Notes under the pieces: generated by a model | The model's input: only the letters and a program-made list of their open reading frames with translations | Told to the model about the DNA's origin: nothing | Database searches by the model: none | Position numbers and translations under genes: made by a program | Origin: Candidatus Poribacteria bacterium | GTDB taxonomy: Bacteria > Poribacteria > WGA-4E > WGA-3G | Direction of reading: 5' to 3' | DNA length: 64,000 nucleotides | Assembly: GCA_028821605.1 (NCBI GenBank) | Contig: JAPPFM010000016.1 | Span: 5,785 to 69,784, forward strand | Shown: positions 29,437 to 39,606 of the stretch, piece after piece | Layout of the letters: every line of letters begins with the position of its first letter | Position numbering within the stretch: position 1 is the stretch's first letter

Positions 29437-31059
29437 ATGGAAACTTTGAATACCTATAAAGAATCAACAACTAACAAAATCACGCTCAATCTTGATGGCA
29501 ACGCCGAAGTGTCTGTGAAAGGCTTCATCGCTCCAATTGAGAACACCCTGTCCAATTTTCATGTCGAGTGGGATGCATTGGCACATCTACGCGTCACTGA
29601 ACCAGAAAAACGCTATCCAGTATCTGTTTTTCGAGCATTTCTTCCGAACAAGCCTGTTTCGGTAGGCGACCTTTGGCAAATTGAAGAAGCCAGCGTCCTT
29701 GAATTGCTCCAGCAACTTCATCCCGATCCGACTTTGGATATGCACATTAATTCTGGCGATTCCCGTGGATTGTGGGCATGTCTGCGCGCTTACAACGATC
29801 AGTTTGCCGAGATCGTTTTTCGGATTCATGCGGAGTTCAAGTTAGAAGGAGGTTGGTTTACACCGTCGCAGTTTGCGGGCACTCTCGTTATTGATAGGAT
29901 TGAACAGCGTGTTGTATTTTTTGAGATGTACGTCCCAGAAAGTACTGTGAATTTTGATCTCAACTGGACGAGTGCTGATGCTGGCTTCTGCTCGCAGATG
30001 GAACTCCGTGCTGGGACACAGGATATTATTCGAGAGATTGAATTCACAGAAGCCATCACCTATGAGGCAGCGAAGCACTCCTTAATACTGTGTTTCTACG
30101 AATCGGCGCGGATTAACTGGGTGCCACCGAGTCAGGTGTTAGAGACAGCACAAGCACAACAGAAACCGATTCATGCTATATCCATAGATGGACCCTTAGC
30201 AGATGAGTCGTGCTGAGGGAGTGGAAAAGGTTTGAGAGCAGTTGCTCTCTCTGATGAACAGAATATAGCGTTCTTGAACGAAAATTTCATCAACACTTGG
30301 GTATCGAATGTTGAATTAAGAAGGACACCGAGGAAGCGTGCCTTCATGACACGGCGGTTTCAAGATGAATCCAAGACATTTGACAGAAGTTATCCTTTGG
30401 CACAGGCTATCATGAAGGGGTGGAGCGAGCATTCACCCGTGGATTGTTTGATTCTCTCGCCGGAACTTGAGTTGATGGGCAGTATGCCTGTTAACGATTT
30501 CTTTGATACCGAATTGGAAGGACTTGGGGATGAGGAGGCGTATCTTTTCTTTCTTGAAGCATCGTTAACCGGGAAAAAACCCGGATTGGATGGTAGCACT
30601 TTGAAACCTCAGCCAACAACTGATTGGAATGCTTTTTTCAATTCAGGGACTGTTGTGAACAGTTTGAAAGTTGCGCTCACCCATGAGTGTCCTGAACAAG
30701 AGGTATTGAACATTTTTCGGACACCAGAATCTGGCTATCAAGATTATACCGTCACTGAGGTTGATACAACGGCATTTGAAAATGGCGGCACGCTCATTGT
30801 TGATATATCAGTAGGAGGTGCTGAACCTGCAGGGTCATTTGATTTATACAGTGGGGATAGCGAATTACCCACTGAAGGTGTGCCTCAGGACGCACTCGGC
30901 TCGGCATGGGGTGTTCCGCCTTGTAAAACGGGAATTATTAGGTATCCGTTTGAGCGAGGTGGGTTTTTTAAGTTGGGTGCTACTGGTGATTGGTTCAGTG
31001 AGAAGGGGAGTATCAACGCTTTTCTCGCTAAAGTTTCCGTGAAATCTGAAACGGAATAG
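29437..31059 (+). CDS. Candidate Cys-Sec selenoprotein, paralog 1: ORFs 29437..30216 and 30232..31059 joined by an in-frame UGA at 30214 (..DGPLADESC-U-GSGKGLRAVALSDEQ..)
   Basis: Both ORFs are in the same frame and separated by 15 nt. The downstream ORF has no ATG (only a TTG). The Cys-UGA sits where the thioredoxin-fold CxxC would be (beta-strand PIHAISIDG before, helix ..NIAFLNENFINTWV.., cis-Pro-like SPVDCLILSP after). A conserved hairpin lies 17 nt 3' of the UGA. The C-terminal domain is shared with the sensor of the 41739 sigma fusion. Confidence 0.5.
30234..30249 (+). promoter_or_regulatory. Candidate bSECIS hairpin GAGAGC-AGUU-GCUCUC
   Basis: Perfect 6-bp stem 17 nt after the UGA, conserved in all three paralogs. 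Confidence 0.4.
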
Positions 31060-31080
31060 CTGTGGATATGGAGGTAAAGA

Positions 31081-32622
31081 GTGATAAACCTTTGTAATGT
31101 ACTAAATAGTTCGACACGTCTACAGGTGCATGCACATTGGGATCCTATTGCGGATTCTACGTTTAATATGCACAAAGACTCACCAGAACTCACTGAGTTA
31201 TTTGACCTGTCTCCAAATCAGCCTGTCAAGGAATACGGGATAGATGTTTTCAATGCGTTCCTTCCACCATCAACTGTAGCGGTAGGAGATGTTTGGGAAC
31301 TTGATCCGAACAGGCTTATTTCCTTCTTTCATCAGTTTCATCCCGGTGCGACCACAGCCGTCTATCACGGGGCGGAAGGTGCGTTCGCATGTTTGCGTGC
31401 GTTTTCATCGGATTACGCTGAGGTCGCTTTCCGAATTCATGCTGATTTCACACTGGAGAGCGCTGCCTATAAGGCGTGGCAAGACGAAAACTCGTCGGAG
31501 GACGATGATAATAAATCCCGTTTTGTCCCTTCTCATTTTGTTGGACGGTTGTTAATCAATCTGAAAGAAGGGACAGTTCGAGCGTTTTCATTTTATCTTC
31601 CTCCACGCAATAGTAACGTTATCATCAGTGCCTTTGGTGGTATTGACATGGTATTTGTGCCGCGCATGGAACTCCTCACTACAGATGAAACCGATCAGGA
31701 CGAAATCGCGTGGGACGCTGCTATCACAACGGAAGAGGCACACCGCACCTTGGAACTGAAGTTCTACAAATTCGCGGAGGTTGATTGGCTCCCGATGGAT
31801 AAGGCGGTCGCACAGGCGAAAGCAACCAATCGTCCGATCCATGCAATCTCGGTCTGGGGGTGCTTAGACAATGAATCGTGCTGAGCGAACGGCAAGTATT
31901 TGAGGGCGGGTCCGCTCTCCGATCCAGAGGTTATAAGAACGCTCAACGAAAAGTTTGTCAATACGTGGGTGCTCCTCCGAGAATTGCCGGAACTGATAAG
32001 TGGTGCAAAAGGGGAGGCAGTTAGTCTCGTTGCTAAAAAAATGAAACACCACTATACGGACTCTGTAGACATCCTTGCACTGACTCCCGATGCGGAAGTT
32101 ATCATGCATCAACCGGAGATGGCACTGCCTTACAAGAATCAGGCACAAGCGTACCTATCAGTGTTACAGCATACTGTGAGTACGTTTGAAGGGAGACGTA
32201 TTCGTGTTGGACAAGGGTCAAAATTAGATGGAAATCCAATCAGTTTGGGGACGGAGTTAATGGAGGTCTTGCAGGTTTTTCGCGCTTCTGATACCGATAT
32301 GCCGAATTACACGGTCGTTGAAATTGATACGACATCGTTTGAACGCGGCGGGATACTTCACATTGAGATACAAGTCGGAACAGGTGAGGCAGCAGGGACG
32401 TTTGAGTTGTTTGATGCCGATGCCGAAATTCCTACAGAAGGTGATACAGATGAAGCACTGGAAGGTGCATGGGACGTTCCGCCCGGTGGTATAGGGCATA
32501 TCTTCCACGATTTTAGACGGGGTCGGCGTTTTAAGTTGGTCGCTACGGGTTCGGAGAATCAGGCAAACTGCACCAATGCTTTTCTGGCGCGTGTTTCTGT
32601 CGTCCCACCGTTTGAAAAATAG
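31081..32622 (+). CDS. Candidate Cys-Sec selenoprotein, paralog 2: ORFs 31081..31884 and 31900..32622 joined by an in-frame UGA at 31882 (..VWGCLDNESC-U-ANGKYLRAGPLSDPE..)
   Basis: Same architecture as paralog 1: same frame, a 15-nt gap, TTG-only downstream start, a hairpin 17 nt after the UGA. Confidence 0.5.
31902..31919 (+). promoter_or_regulatory. Candidate bSECIS hairpin GAGGGCG-GGUC-CGCUCUC
   Basis: 7-bp stem with one G-U pair and a GGUC loop, 17 nt after the UGA. Confidence 0.4.
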
Positions 32623-32794
32623 AATATATTATCTTAGCCTATCTGTCAACGTCGGACTGCATGTCCACGTTTCTATTCAACAAGCATGCGTTCGACGTTG
32701 ATTTTCAACATTCACCTCCGTTTTTATTCTCAAACCCACCAAAGTACATACCAAATTGGTAATTTTGTGTCCGATTTCTCTAATTTTTTTGAAA

Positions 32795-32837
32795 AATTCG
32801 GCAACCGTTTTGTTTGTCACCCGCGTCACTATATATC
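32795..32837 (+). promoter_or_regulatory. Shared ECF-type promoter (TTCGGCAACCGTTTTG-N9-CGCGTCACTATATAT)
   Basis: Member of the conserved promoter family, preceded by a TTTTTTGAAAAATT element. Confidence 0.5.
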
Positions 32838-32900
32838 GACACGATATTTATGTGACAAATTTTGGAAGATTTAAATGACTCCATAGGGGGAAAAGAAAAC

Positions 32901-33716
32901 ATGTTACGGGCGTTTATTGCTGCTTTTTCGAGTGTCGTTATGTTATTGTTGGTGGCTTCTGCCAACGCCGGTTTGGATGAAGACCTTGTTTTTTATTTGA
33001 CGTTTGATAATGTTAAAAATCAGACGATTATTGATGAATCTGGGAACGGTCTTGATGCAGAAATACTTGAGCATGCCGAGATTGTCAAGGGTAAATATGG
33101 AGATGCAATCCGTCTTACAGATCAAGGGGGGAATTGTGTTAATATTCCTGCTCAGGAGAAATTGAAAGTTGTAGGTGAAATAACAATGACGCTATGGGTT
33201 TATTATCAAAAACCATGGGTAGGTAGTAGAACACATTGGTTTGATAAAGACTGTCATACGGTTGGTTGGGGTGCTTCTTATGGTATTATGAGTGCTGATA
33301 TTGGTAACGGACCGGAGATCTGGCTGTTTTTGGGATCCCTGGATGAACGAAGAAATACAAATCGACAGCAACTCGTAATTCCACACAAAATGGATGGAAA
33401 AAAATGGCATCACGTTGCTGGAAGCTACGATGGGAAAACCATGAAAATCTATGTAGATGGTGAAATCATAGGGGAAGAAGAGAAAAAATTCAACTTCGTT
33501 GGTGATAATGACTCAGATTTTCGGATCGGGTGCGCAAAAGAGAGAGCACATGTTACATTCGTCAACGGTTCTATTGACGAAGCTGCAGTATGGCAACGAG
33601 CATTGAGCGATAATGAAATCAAACAAGCCATGACAGGAAACTTTCTCGCTGTTTCACTGGGTGATAAGGTCGCCACGACTTGGGCGGATATGAAAAAGAG
33701 GGCAATAGCCCGTTAG
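32901..33716 (+). CDS. Secreted LamG/concanavalin-like protein with C-terminal ..VATTWADMKKRAIAR tail
   Basis: ATG at 32901 after GGGGGA. Signal peptide, LamG_3-like motifs (..DESGNGLDAEI.., ..KIYVDGE..). Confidence 0.6.
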   Translation: MLRAFIAAFSSVVMLLLVASANAGLDEDLVFYLTFDNVKNQTIIDESGNGLDAEILEHAEIVKGKYGDAIRLTDQGGNCVNIPAQEKLKVVGEITMTLWVYYQKPWVGSRTHWFDKDCHTVGWGASYGIMSADIGNGPEIWLFLGSLDERRNTNRQQLVIPHKMDGKKWHHVAGSYDGKTMKIYVDGEIIGEEEKKFNFVGDNDSDFRIGCAKERAHVTFVNGSIDEAAVWQRALSDNEIKQAMTGNFLAVSLGDKVATTWADMKKRAIAR

Positions 33717-33825
33717 CGAATTTCTGAAACGTGAGAATGCTATTACCTTATTAATGCTTCAGAATCCTTTAAGTGATAATGAAGGGGCATATTTAAGCAT
33801 ATTATTTTACGTATGTGCACCTATG

Positions 33826-33871
33826 CAGAATTAAGCAACCGTTTTGTCTGTCACCCGCGTCACTATATATT
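33826..33871 (+). promoter_or_regulatory. Shared ECF-type promoter plus start of the conserved leader
   Basis: TTAAGCAACCGTTTTGTCTGTCACCCGCGTCACTATATAT. Confidence 0.5.
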
Positions 33872-34135
33872 GAAGGTCAGAATCTACGCGAACAGAACTC
33901 TTTGTAGAGGGGTATTTATGTAGCGTATTTCCTATAATTTACTAAAGTTTGGACAATGTCGGTCAGGTTCATGCTCGGTTTTCAAGGGGCTCTGATTTTT
34001 CTGAAAGTTCCTGACACAAACGCAACTCACAAAAAATAAACTCGGATGCACCCAGTAGCAGCCCCAGCGGGGCGAAAGGTGTATAGAATTAAAAATTGTC
34101 CAAAGCTTAGTCCAGATAGATAAGGAGAATAAACC

Positions 34136-34642
34136 ATGAAATGCTTCGCAATAATAGTCCTAAGTATGGCAGTATTAATTATTGGAAATGCTCAGGATGC
34201 TCGATATGATGTTGGTATTAGTGTATTTAGCGATGAAAACGAGGTGGGTGAGAAGGTAAAGGCTCTCCTCACAGAGGAACTCCAGAAGATCGGAGACATT
34301 AATGTGGTGGATCCGACATGGAGCACCTACAAGTTGTCTGTGATTGCCATTGAGACTAAAACTAAAGACAGGCAGGAAAAAACTGGCGATATTGCAGTAG
34401 TGTGCAGTATTCTAATAGCATACGATAATAGTCGTGTTGTCAGTCTGATTCCAGAGGACATGCCAGAACTACGGAAAAAGGTCTACGAAGAAACGAAGCA
34501 TCTCTATCAAGAACCTGTAATGGGATTGTATAGTGATGATACGGCTAAAATAAGAACGATATGCAGAAACATCGTAGAACAATTCAATATGAATGTCCTT
34601 AACGAACAGCGGAGAGAAAAAGGAAATCTCTTCTTTCACTAG
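34136..34642 (+). CDS. Secreted hypothetical protein
   Basis: Signal peptide, no recognisable domain. Sits downstream of a shared promoter and the conserved leader. Confidence 0.45.
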   Translation: MKCFAIIVLSMAVLIIGNAQDARYDVGISVFSDENEVGEKVKALLTEELQKIGDINVVDPTWSTYKLSVIAIETKTKDRQEKTGDIAVVCSILIAYDNSRVVSLIPEDMPELRKKVYEETKHLYQEPVMGLYSDDTAKIRTICRNIVEQFNMNVLNEQRREKGNLFFH

Positions 34643-34720
34643 GAAAAGAGAGTTGTGAATCCTCGCGAGTTCAAAACTACAAATTTCAGTCCAAACCTGC
34701 TGATTGCATTTCTTTTTCCA

Positions 34721-34769
34721 GAATTAGGTAACTAACCGTTTTGTCCGTGTACCCGCGTCACTATATAAG
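34721..34769 (+). promoter_or_regulatory. Shared ECF-type promoter, variant with 4-nt insertion (GGTAACTAACCGTTTTG...CGCGTCACTATATAA)
   Basis: Directly precedes the RBS of 34779. Confidence 0.45.
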
Positions 34770-34778
34770 GAGAAAACT

Positions 34779-35588
34779 ATGCAGATAGTCCACACGCTTA
34801 TGTTGGGTATCATTGTCACCGGTTTATTGTCCATTGCCGATGCAGAGGCTGATAGTATAAAAACGCAACTTGAAGTATCCGCGCGACACAGCGAATCGGT
34901 GAAAGTTACGACCTCCGATGAGCGTATCGTCAATGCGTTTATCGTTTATCCAGCGGTGAAAGAACCCGCAACGGCTATCATCGTCATCCACCAGGGTCGC
35001 GGACTCACCAACTGGGTCCGGCTCGTCGCAGACACACTCGCTGCCGAAGGGTTTGTCGCAATTTGTCCAGATCTGCTTTCCGGCATGGGGCCCGACGGTG
35101 GCGGCACAGAAAGTTTCCACTCAAGGGACGACGTACCATGGGCTATCAGTGAACTCCCACCCTCCCAAGTCACATCCGACCTGGATGCCATCCAAAAATA
35201 TGTCCGTAATCTGCCTTCAACCAACGAAAAAGTAGCAGTTTCCGGATTCTGCTGGGGAGGCGGTCAAACGTTCAGGTACGCTGTCCATTCCGACACAATA
35301 GCGGCTAGCTTTGTGTTTTACGGTCCTGCCCCATCAACGGAAGATATCCCCAAAATATCAGCACCCGTGTATGGCTTCTACGCCGAGAACGACAATCGTA
35401 TCAATGCCACAATTGATGCCACTAAAGCCGCGGCGGATGCCGCAAACATCACCTACGAGCCCGTCATCTATGAAGGGGTCGGTCACGCCTTCCTGATGCG
35501 CGGTATGACAGAAGATGCCGACGAAGCACAGAAAACTGCCACCAAAGCCGTATGGGAACGGTGGGTATCCCTCCTAAGAGGGCTCTAA
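34779..35588 (+). CDS. Secreted dienelactone hydrolase family protein
   Basis: Signal peptide, ..AIIVIHQGRGL.., nucleophile elbow GFCWGG, C-terminal ..GVGHAF... Confidence 0.8.
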   Translation: MQIVHTLMLGIIVTGLLSIADAEADSIKTQLEVSARHSESVKVTTSDERIVNAFIVYPAVKEPATAIIVIHQGRGLTNWVRLVADTLAAEGFVAICPDLLSGMGPDGGGTESFHSRDDVPWAISELPPSQVTSDLDAIQKYVRNLPSTNEKVAVSGFCWGGGQTFRYAVHSDTIAASFVFYGPAPSTEDIPKISAPVYGFYAENDNRINATIDATKAAADAANITYEPVIYEGVGHAFLMRGMTEDADEAQKTATKAVWERWVSLLRGL

Positions 35589-35651
35589 AGGAATACGCGT
35601 GAATAATTTTGTGTATTTTCTCGGATTTGTGTCCGATTTCCTCGATTTTTT

Positions 35652-35698
35652 GAAAAATTAGGCAACCGTTTTGTCTGTTACCCGCGTCACTATATATT
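35652..35698 (+). promoter_or_regulatory. Shared ECF-type promoter
   Basis: TTAGGCAACCGTTTTGTCTGTTACCCGCGTCACTATATAT after a TTTTTTGAAAAATTAGG element. Confidence 0.5.
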
Positions 35699-35817
35699 AA
35701 GGTCAGAATCTACGCGAACAGAACTCTCTGTAGAGAGGATGTTTCTGTAGCGTATTTCCTATAATTCAGTATAGGGAAAATAAAAGATCAAAATTTATCC
35801 ATAGTTGGGAGCATCCT

Positions 35818-36843
35818 ATGACGCGCAAGTCTGTTTCTCTTTATTCAATGGATCGGGGTTATACCAAGTTTACGATATTATGTTATGCTGTCAGCGTGTT
35901 ATTTGTGTTCAGTAGCAGTGCTTCTGTGTGGGCAAAAATTCCGGAAACAGCAAAAATAGCGTTTACGTCAACCAGAGATGGAAGGACCGAAATCTATCTC
36001 ATGAACCCTGATGGCACCGTGCCGGTGAATGTAAGCCAGCATGCAGGAGCAGAGGATTACAATCCTGTCTGGTCGCCAGACGGAAAGCAAATTCTGTTCA
36101 TCTCAGATCGGGAAAAACTCTTTGATTTGTATCTTATGGATGCAGATGGCACAAATGTCCGGAAGGTATTTAAAACCGAGGCACTCAGAAGAGATCCGGC
36201 GTGGTCTCCTGATGGCAAACGAATTACCTACGCACAAGGAGAAGAACCCAACCAAGAAATCTATATTGCTGCAATAGATGGTACATTCGTTGAAAAACTG
36301 ACAGACGGGTTCATGCCAAATTGGTCGCCCGATGGGAACGAGATAGCCTTTGTGGTGGGAGGTATCAAACACACTCCACTGGGTATCTTCGACTTACAGA
36401 CAAGTACCCAAAGGATACTCCTCTCAAAGGAGGTACCGTGGATAGTTAATCCAAACTGGTCACCACGCGGAGACAAAATCGCCTTTTCAAAAATAGACGG
36501 ACGCTTCGATCCAAATGGTTTTCTTTGGTGGGAGAGGTCAAACATTTACGTTGCAAATCGTGATGGAACAGGACTTCATCAGATTACCAAGGATGAAGAA
36601 TCAATTTGTCAGAGTCCCACTTGGTCTCCACACGGCAGCGAACTCATTTACACGGATGTAGTCAGACAACCGGGGAAAAACATTTCTGTGCAATTGTTCA
36701 GAACAGATTTGAGTGGTGCTAACCCAACACAATTGACGCATAAAGGAAATAATTCTCGCGCGGATTGGTTTGACCCAACGTTAAGCGTTTCACCTTCGGT
36801 GCAATTGTTAAGGACGATATGGGGAAAAATCAAAGTGGATTAA
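35818..36843 (+). CDS. TolB-like PD40 beta-propeller protein, paralog 1, C-terminal ..VQLLRTIWGKIKVD tail
   Basis: Signal peptide, repeated ..SPDGKxIxF.SDR..DLYLMDADG.. PD40 units. Confidence 0.7.
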   Translation: MTRKSVSLYSMDRGYTKFTILCYAVSVLFVFSSSASVWAKIPETAKIAFTSTRDGRTEIYLMNPDGTVPVNVSQHAGAEDYNPVWSPDGKQILFISDREKLFDLYLMDADGTNVRKVFKTEALRRDPAWSPDGKRITYAQGEEPNQEIYIAAIDGTFVEKLTDGFMPNWSPDGNEIAFVVGGIKHTPLGIFDLQTSTQRILLSKEVPWIVNPNWSPRGDKIAFSKIDGRFDPNGFLWWERSNIYVANRDGTGLHQITKDEESICQSPTWSPHGSELIYTDVVRQPGKNISVQLFRTDLSGANPTQLTHKGNNSRADWFDPTLSVSPSVQLLRTIWGKIKVD

Positions 36844-36989
36844 GTTAACCGTGAACTGTAAGGAGCATTAAATAAACATGAAAAGGAAGGGTTGATTTTC
36901 TCAATGTTAACAATATGGGTCTTGGGGTTAAGCTTAACGCTTCAAAGCGCTGCTGATAAGATAAACATCGAAAACATATCTAATTTTTT

Positions 36990-37036
36990 GAAAAATTAGG
37001 CAACCGTTTTGTCTGTTACTCGCGTCACTATATATC
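36990..37036 (+). promoter_or_regulatory. Shared ECF-type promoter
   Basis: Identical core, part of a tandemly duplicated unit. Confidence 0.5.
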
Positions 37037-37155
37037 AAAATAGCATCTACACGAACAAACCTCTTTGTAGAGAGAATGTTTATGTGGCGTATTTCCTATA
37101 ATTCAGTATAAGATAAAATCGAAGATCAAAATCTATTCATAATGGAGAATGTCTT

Positions 37156-38202
37156 ATGCAGTGCAAAGCTGTTTTTCCTTGTTCAGGAGATCAAGGCTAT
37201 GTCAAGTTAGCAATGTTAAGTTATACGATTAGTGTTCTACTTGTGTTCAGTGGCAGTGCTATCGTATGGGCGGAAGGCCCAGCGACAGCGAAAATCGCGT
37301 TCATGTCAAAGCGGGACGGCAATCCTGAAATCTATATAATGAACTCTGACGGGAGTGACCAAGTCAATTTGACCCAGCATCCCGCAGCCGATTATCATCC
37401 AGCCTGGTCGCCAAACGGAAAACACATACTTTTCAGTTCTGATCGAGATGGAATCTTCGATTTGTATCTTATGGATGCCGATGGGACAAATGTGCGAAAG
37501 GTGTTTGCAAGCAGCAAATATAGATGGGAGCCTGCTTGGTCGCCCGACGGTAAACGGATTGCCTATGCACAGGGAGACCCAGGAAAAGCAAAACTACAAT
37601 TTGGGATGCGATTTGTTCCTTACGCTGACCTCACGCTCTGCGTCGCGACCCTAAATGGAGGCTCCGTTGAGAAATTGACAGATGGATTCATGCCAAGTTG
37701 GTCTCCTGATGGGCGCGAGATAGCTTTTGTGGTGGGTGGACGCGAAAGCACACCATTGGGTATTTTTGATCTACAGAGGCGCACCCGAAAGATACTCCTT
37801 TTAAAAGAGATGCCGTGGATATTTGATCCGAAGTGGTCTCCACAAGGTGACAAAATCACTTTTGCGAAACTCGAGGGAGCAGAGTTTGATGGACAGGGTT
37901 TTCTTGTGTCTAGGAAGGGGACGATCTATACTGTGGATAGCAATGGCAAAGGACTTCATCAGATTACCGATGAACATTCCTCCTATAACCCCACTTGGTC
38001 TCCAGATGGCAACGAACTCATTTACAACGCTCGGGCGGGCGTTTTTTCACAACTCTTCAAAATGGATCTGGACGGCGGTAATCCAACGCAACTGACACAC
38101 GACGGCAGTAATTCGAGTCCAGATTGGTTTGACCCAACATTAAGCGTTTCACCTTCGGTACAATTATCAACGACGATGTGGGGAGAAATCAAAGCGGATT
38201 AA
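37156..38202 (+). CDS. TolB-like PD40 beta-propeller protein, paralog 2, C-terminal ..VQLSTTMWGEIKAD tail
   Basis: Same architecture as 35818. Confidence 0.7.
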   Translation: MQCKAVFPCSGDQGYVKLAMLSYTISVLLVFSGSAIVWAEGPATAKIAFMSKRDGNPEIYIMNSDGSDQVNLTQHPAADYHPAWSPNGKHILFSSDRDGIFDLYLMDADGTNVRKVFASSKYRWEPAWSPDGKRIAYAQGDPGKAKLQFGMRFVPYADLTLCVATLNGGSVEKLTDGFMPSWSPDGREIAFVVGGRESTPLGIFDLQRRTRKILLLKEMPWIFDPKWSPQGDKITFAKLEGAEFDGQGFLVSRKGTIYTVDSNGKGLHQITDEHSSYNPTWSPDGNELIYNARAGVFSQLFKMDLDGGNPTQLTHDGSNSSPDWFDPTLSVSPSVQLSTTMWGEIKAD

Positions 38203-38349
38203 GTTAACCGTGAACTGTAAGGAGCATTAAATAAACATGAAAAGGAATTGGTTGATTTTCTCAATGTTAGCAATATGGGTCTTGGGGTTAAGCTTAACGC
38301 TTCAAAGTGCTGCTGATAAGATAAACATTGAAAACACATCTAATTTTTT

Positions 38350-38396
38350 GAAAAATTAGGCAACCGTTTTGTCAGTCACCCGCGTCACTATATATC
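38350..38396 (+). promoter_or_regulatory. Shared ECF-type promoter
   Basis: Identical core, tandemly duplicated unit. Confidence 0.5.
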
Positions 38397-38515
38397 AAAA
38401 TAGCATCTACACGAACAAACCCCTTTGTAGAGAGAATGTTTACGTAGTGCATTTCTTATAATTCAGTGTAAGATAAAATCGAAGATCAAAACCTATTCAT
38501 AATGGAGAATGTCTT

Positions 38516-39583
38516 ATGAAGCGCAAAGTTGTTTTTCCTTGTTCAAGAGATAAAGGTTATGTTAAGTTTGCAGTGTTAAGTTATATGATCAGTGCTCTAC
38601 TTGTGTTCAGTAGCAGTACTTCTGTGTGGGCAAAAGCCCCGGCGACAGCGAAAATTGTGTTTATGTCAAAGCGAGATGGCAACGCCGAAATCTATATCAT
38701 GAATCCTGATGGGAGTGAGCAGGTGAATTTGAGCCAGCACCCTGCAGCAGATTATGATCCGGCTTGGTCACCGAACGGAAAACATATCCTATTCAGTTCT
38801 GATCGAGACGGTGGCGTTTTCGATTTATACCTTATGGATGCAGACGGCAGAAATGTCCAGAAGGTGTTTGAAAACAGCGCATATAGAAGAAATCCAAATT
38901 GGTCGCCTGATGGTAAACAGATTGTCTATGCGCAGGGAGATCCACAAAAGGCAAAACTACACTTTGGATTACGACTCATCCCACTAGCCGATCTCACGCT
39001 TTATGTTGCAACACTAAAAGGGGACTCTGTTGAGAAATTAACGGATGGGTTTATGCCGAGTTGGGTGATTGATGGCAGCGAAATAGCCTTTGTGGTGGGT
39101 GGCATCGAACATACGCCGCTGGGTATTTTCGACTTGCAGACGCATATCCAAAAGATGCTTCTCTTGAAGGAGATGCCTTGGATAATTCATCCGAGCTGGT
39201 CCCCACAGGGGGACAAAATCGCCTTCACGGAAATCAATAGGGCAGGGTTTGATGGGCAAGAATTTCTTTCGTTTGAGGACTCAGCACTCTACATAACGAA
39301 TAACGATGGAATAGGACTTCATCAGATAACTAAAGATGAAGAAGACTTCCCTTCTGAGCCCACTTGGTCTCCACACGGCGATGAACTCATTTACACAGCT
39401 TTAGTCTTGGAACCGGGTAAAGGTGGGGCACAACTTTTCAAAACGGACCTGAACGGTGGTAATCCAACGCAACTGACACACGACGGTAGTAACTCGAGTC
39501 CGGATTGGTTTGACCCAACATTAAGCGTTTCACCTTCGGTACAATTATCAACGATGATGTGGGGAGAAATCAAAGCAGATTAA
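38516..39583 (+). CDS. TolB-like PD40 beta-propeller protein, paralog 3, C-terminal ..VQLSTMMWGEIKAD tail
   Basis: Same architecture. Immediately followed by selenoprotein paralog 3, probably in one operon. Confidence 0.7.
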   Translation: MKRKVVFPCSRDKGYVKFAVLSYMISALLVFSSSTSVWAKAPATAKIVFMSKRDGNAEIYIMNPDGSEQVNLSQHPAADYDPAWSPNGKHILFSSDRDGGVFDLYLMDADGRNVQKVFENSAYRRNPNWSPDGKQIVYAQGDPQKAKLHFGLRLIPLADLTLYVATLKGDSVEKLTDGFMPSWVIDGSEIAFVVGGIEHTPLGIFDLQTHIQKMLLLKEMPWIIHPSWSPQGDKIAFTEINRAGFDGQEFLSFEDSALYITNNDGIGLHQITKDEEDFPSEPTWSPHGDELIYTALVLEPGKGGAQLFKTDLNGGNPTQLTHDGSNSSPDWFDPTLSVSPSVQLSTMMWGEIKAD

Positions 39584-39606
39584 GATAACTATAAGGAGAT
39601 TTAAAA

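Noticed and set aside
30214-30233. Alternative reading of the ORF pairs as two separate, translationally coupled genes with the hairpin as an intercistronic element.
   Set aside because: This is not fully excluded, but it is disfavoured by four observations: same-frame spacing in all three paralogs, no ATG for the downstream ORF, amino-acid conservation across the supposed intergenic 15 nt, and a Cys immediately before the UGA at a thioredoxin-fold active-site position. Kept as the refutation criterion in the finding.
35652-39606. Considered whether the regularly spaced repeated promoter/leader blocks could be a CRISPR array.
   Set aside because: The repeats are 45-130 bp and are separated by kb-scale protein-coding genes. 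No short uniform spacers, no cas genes.
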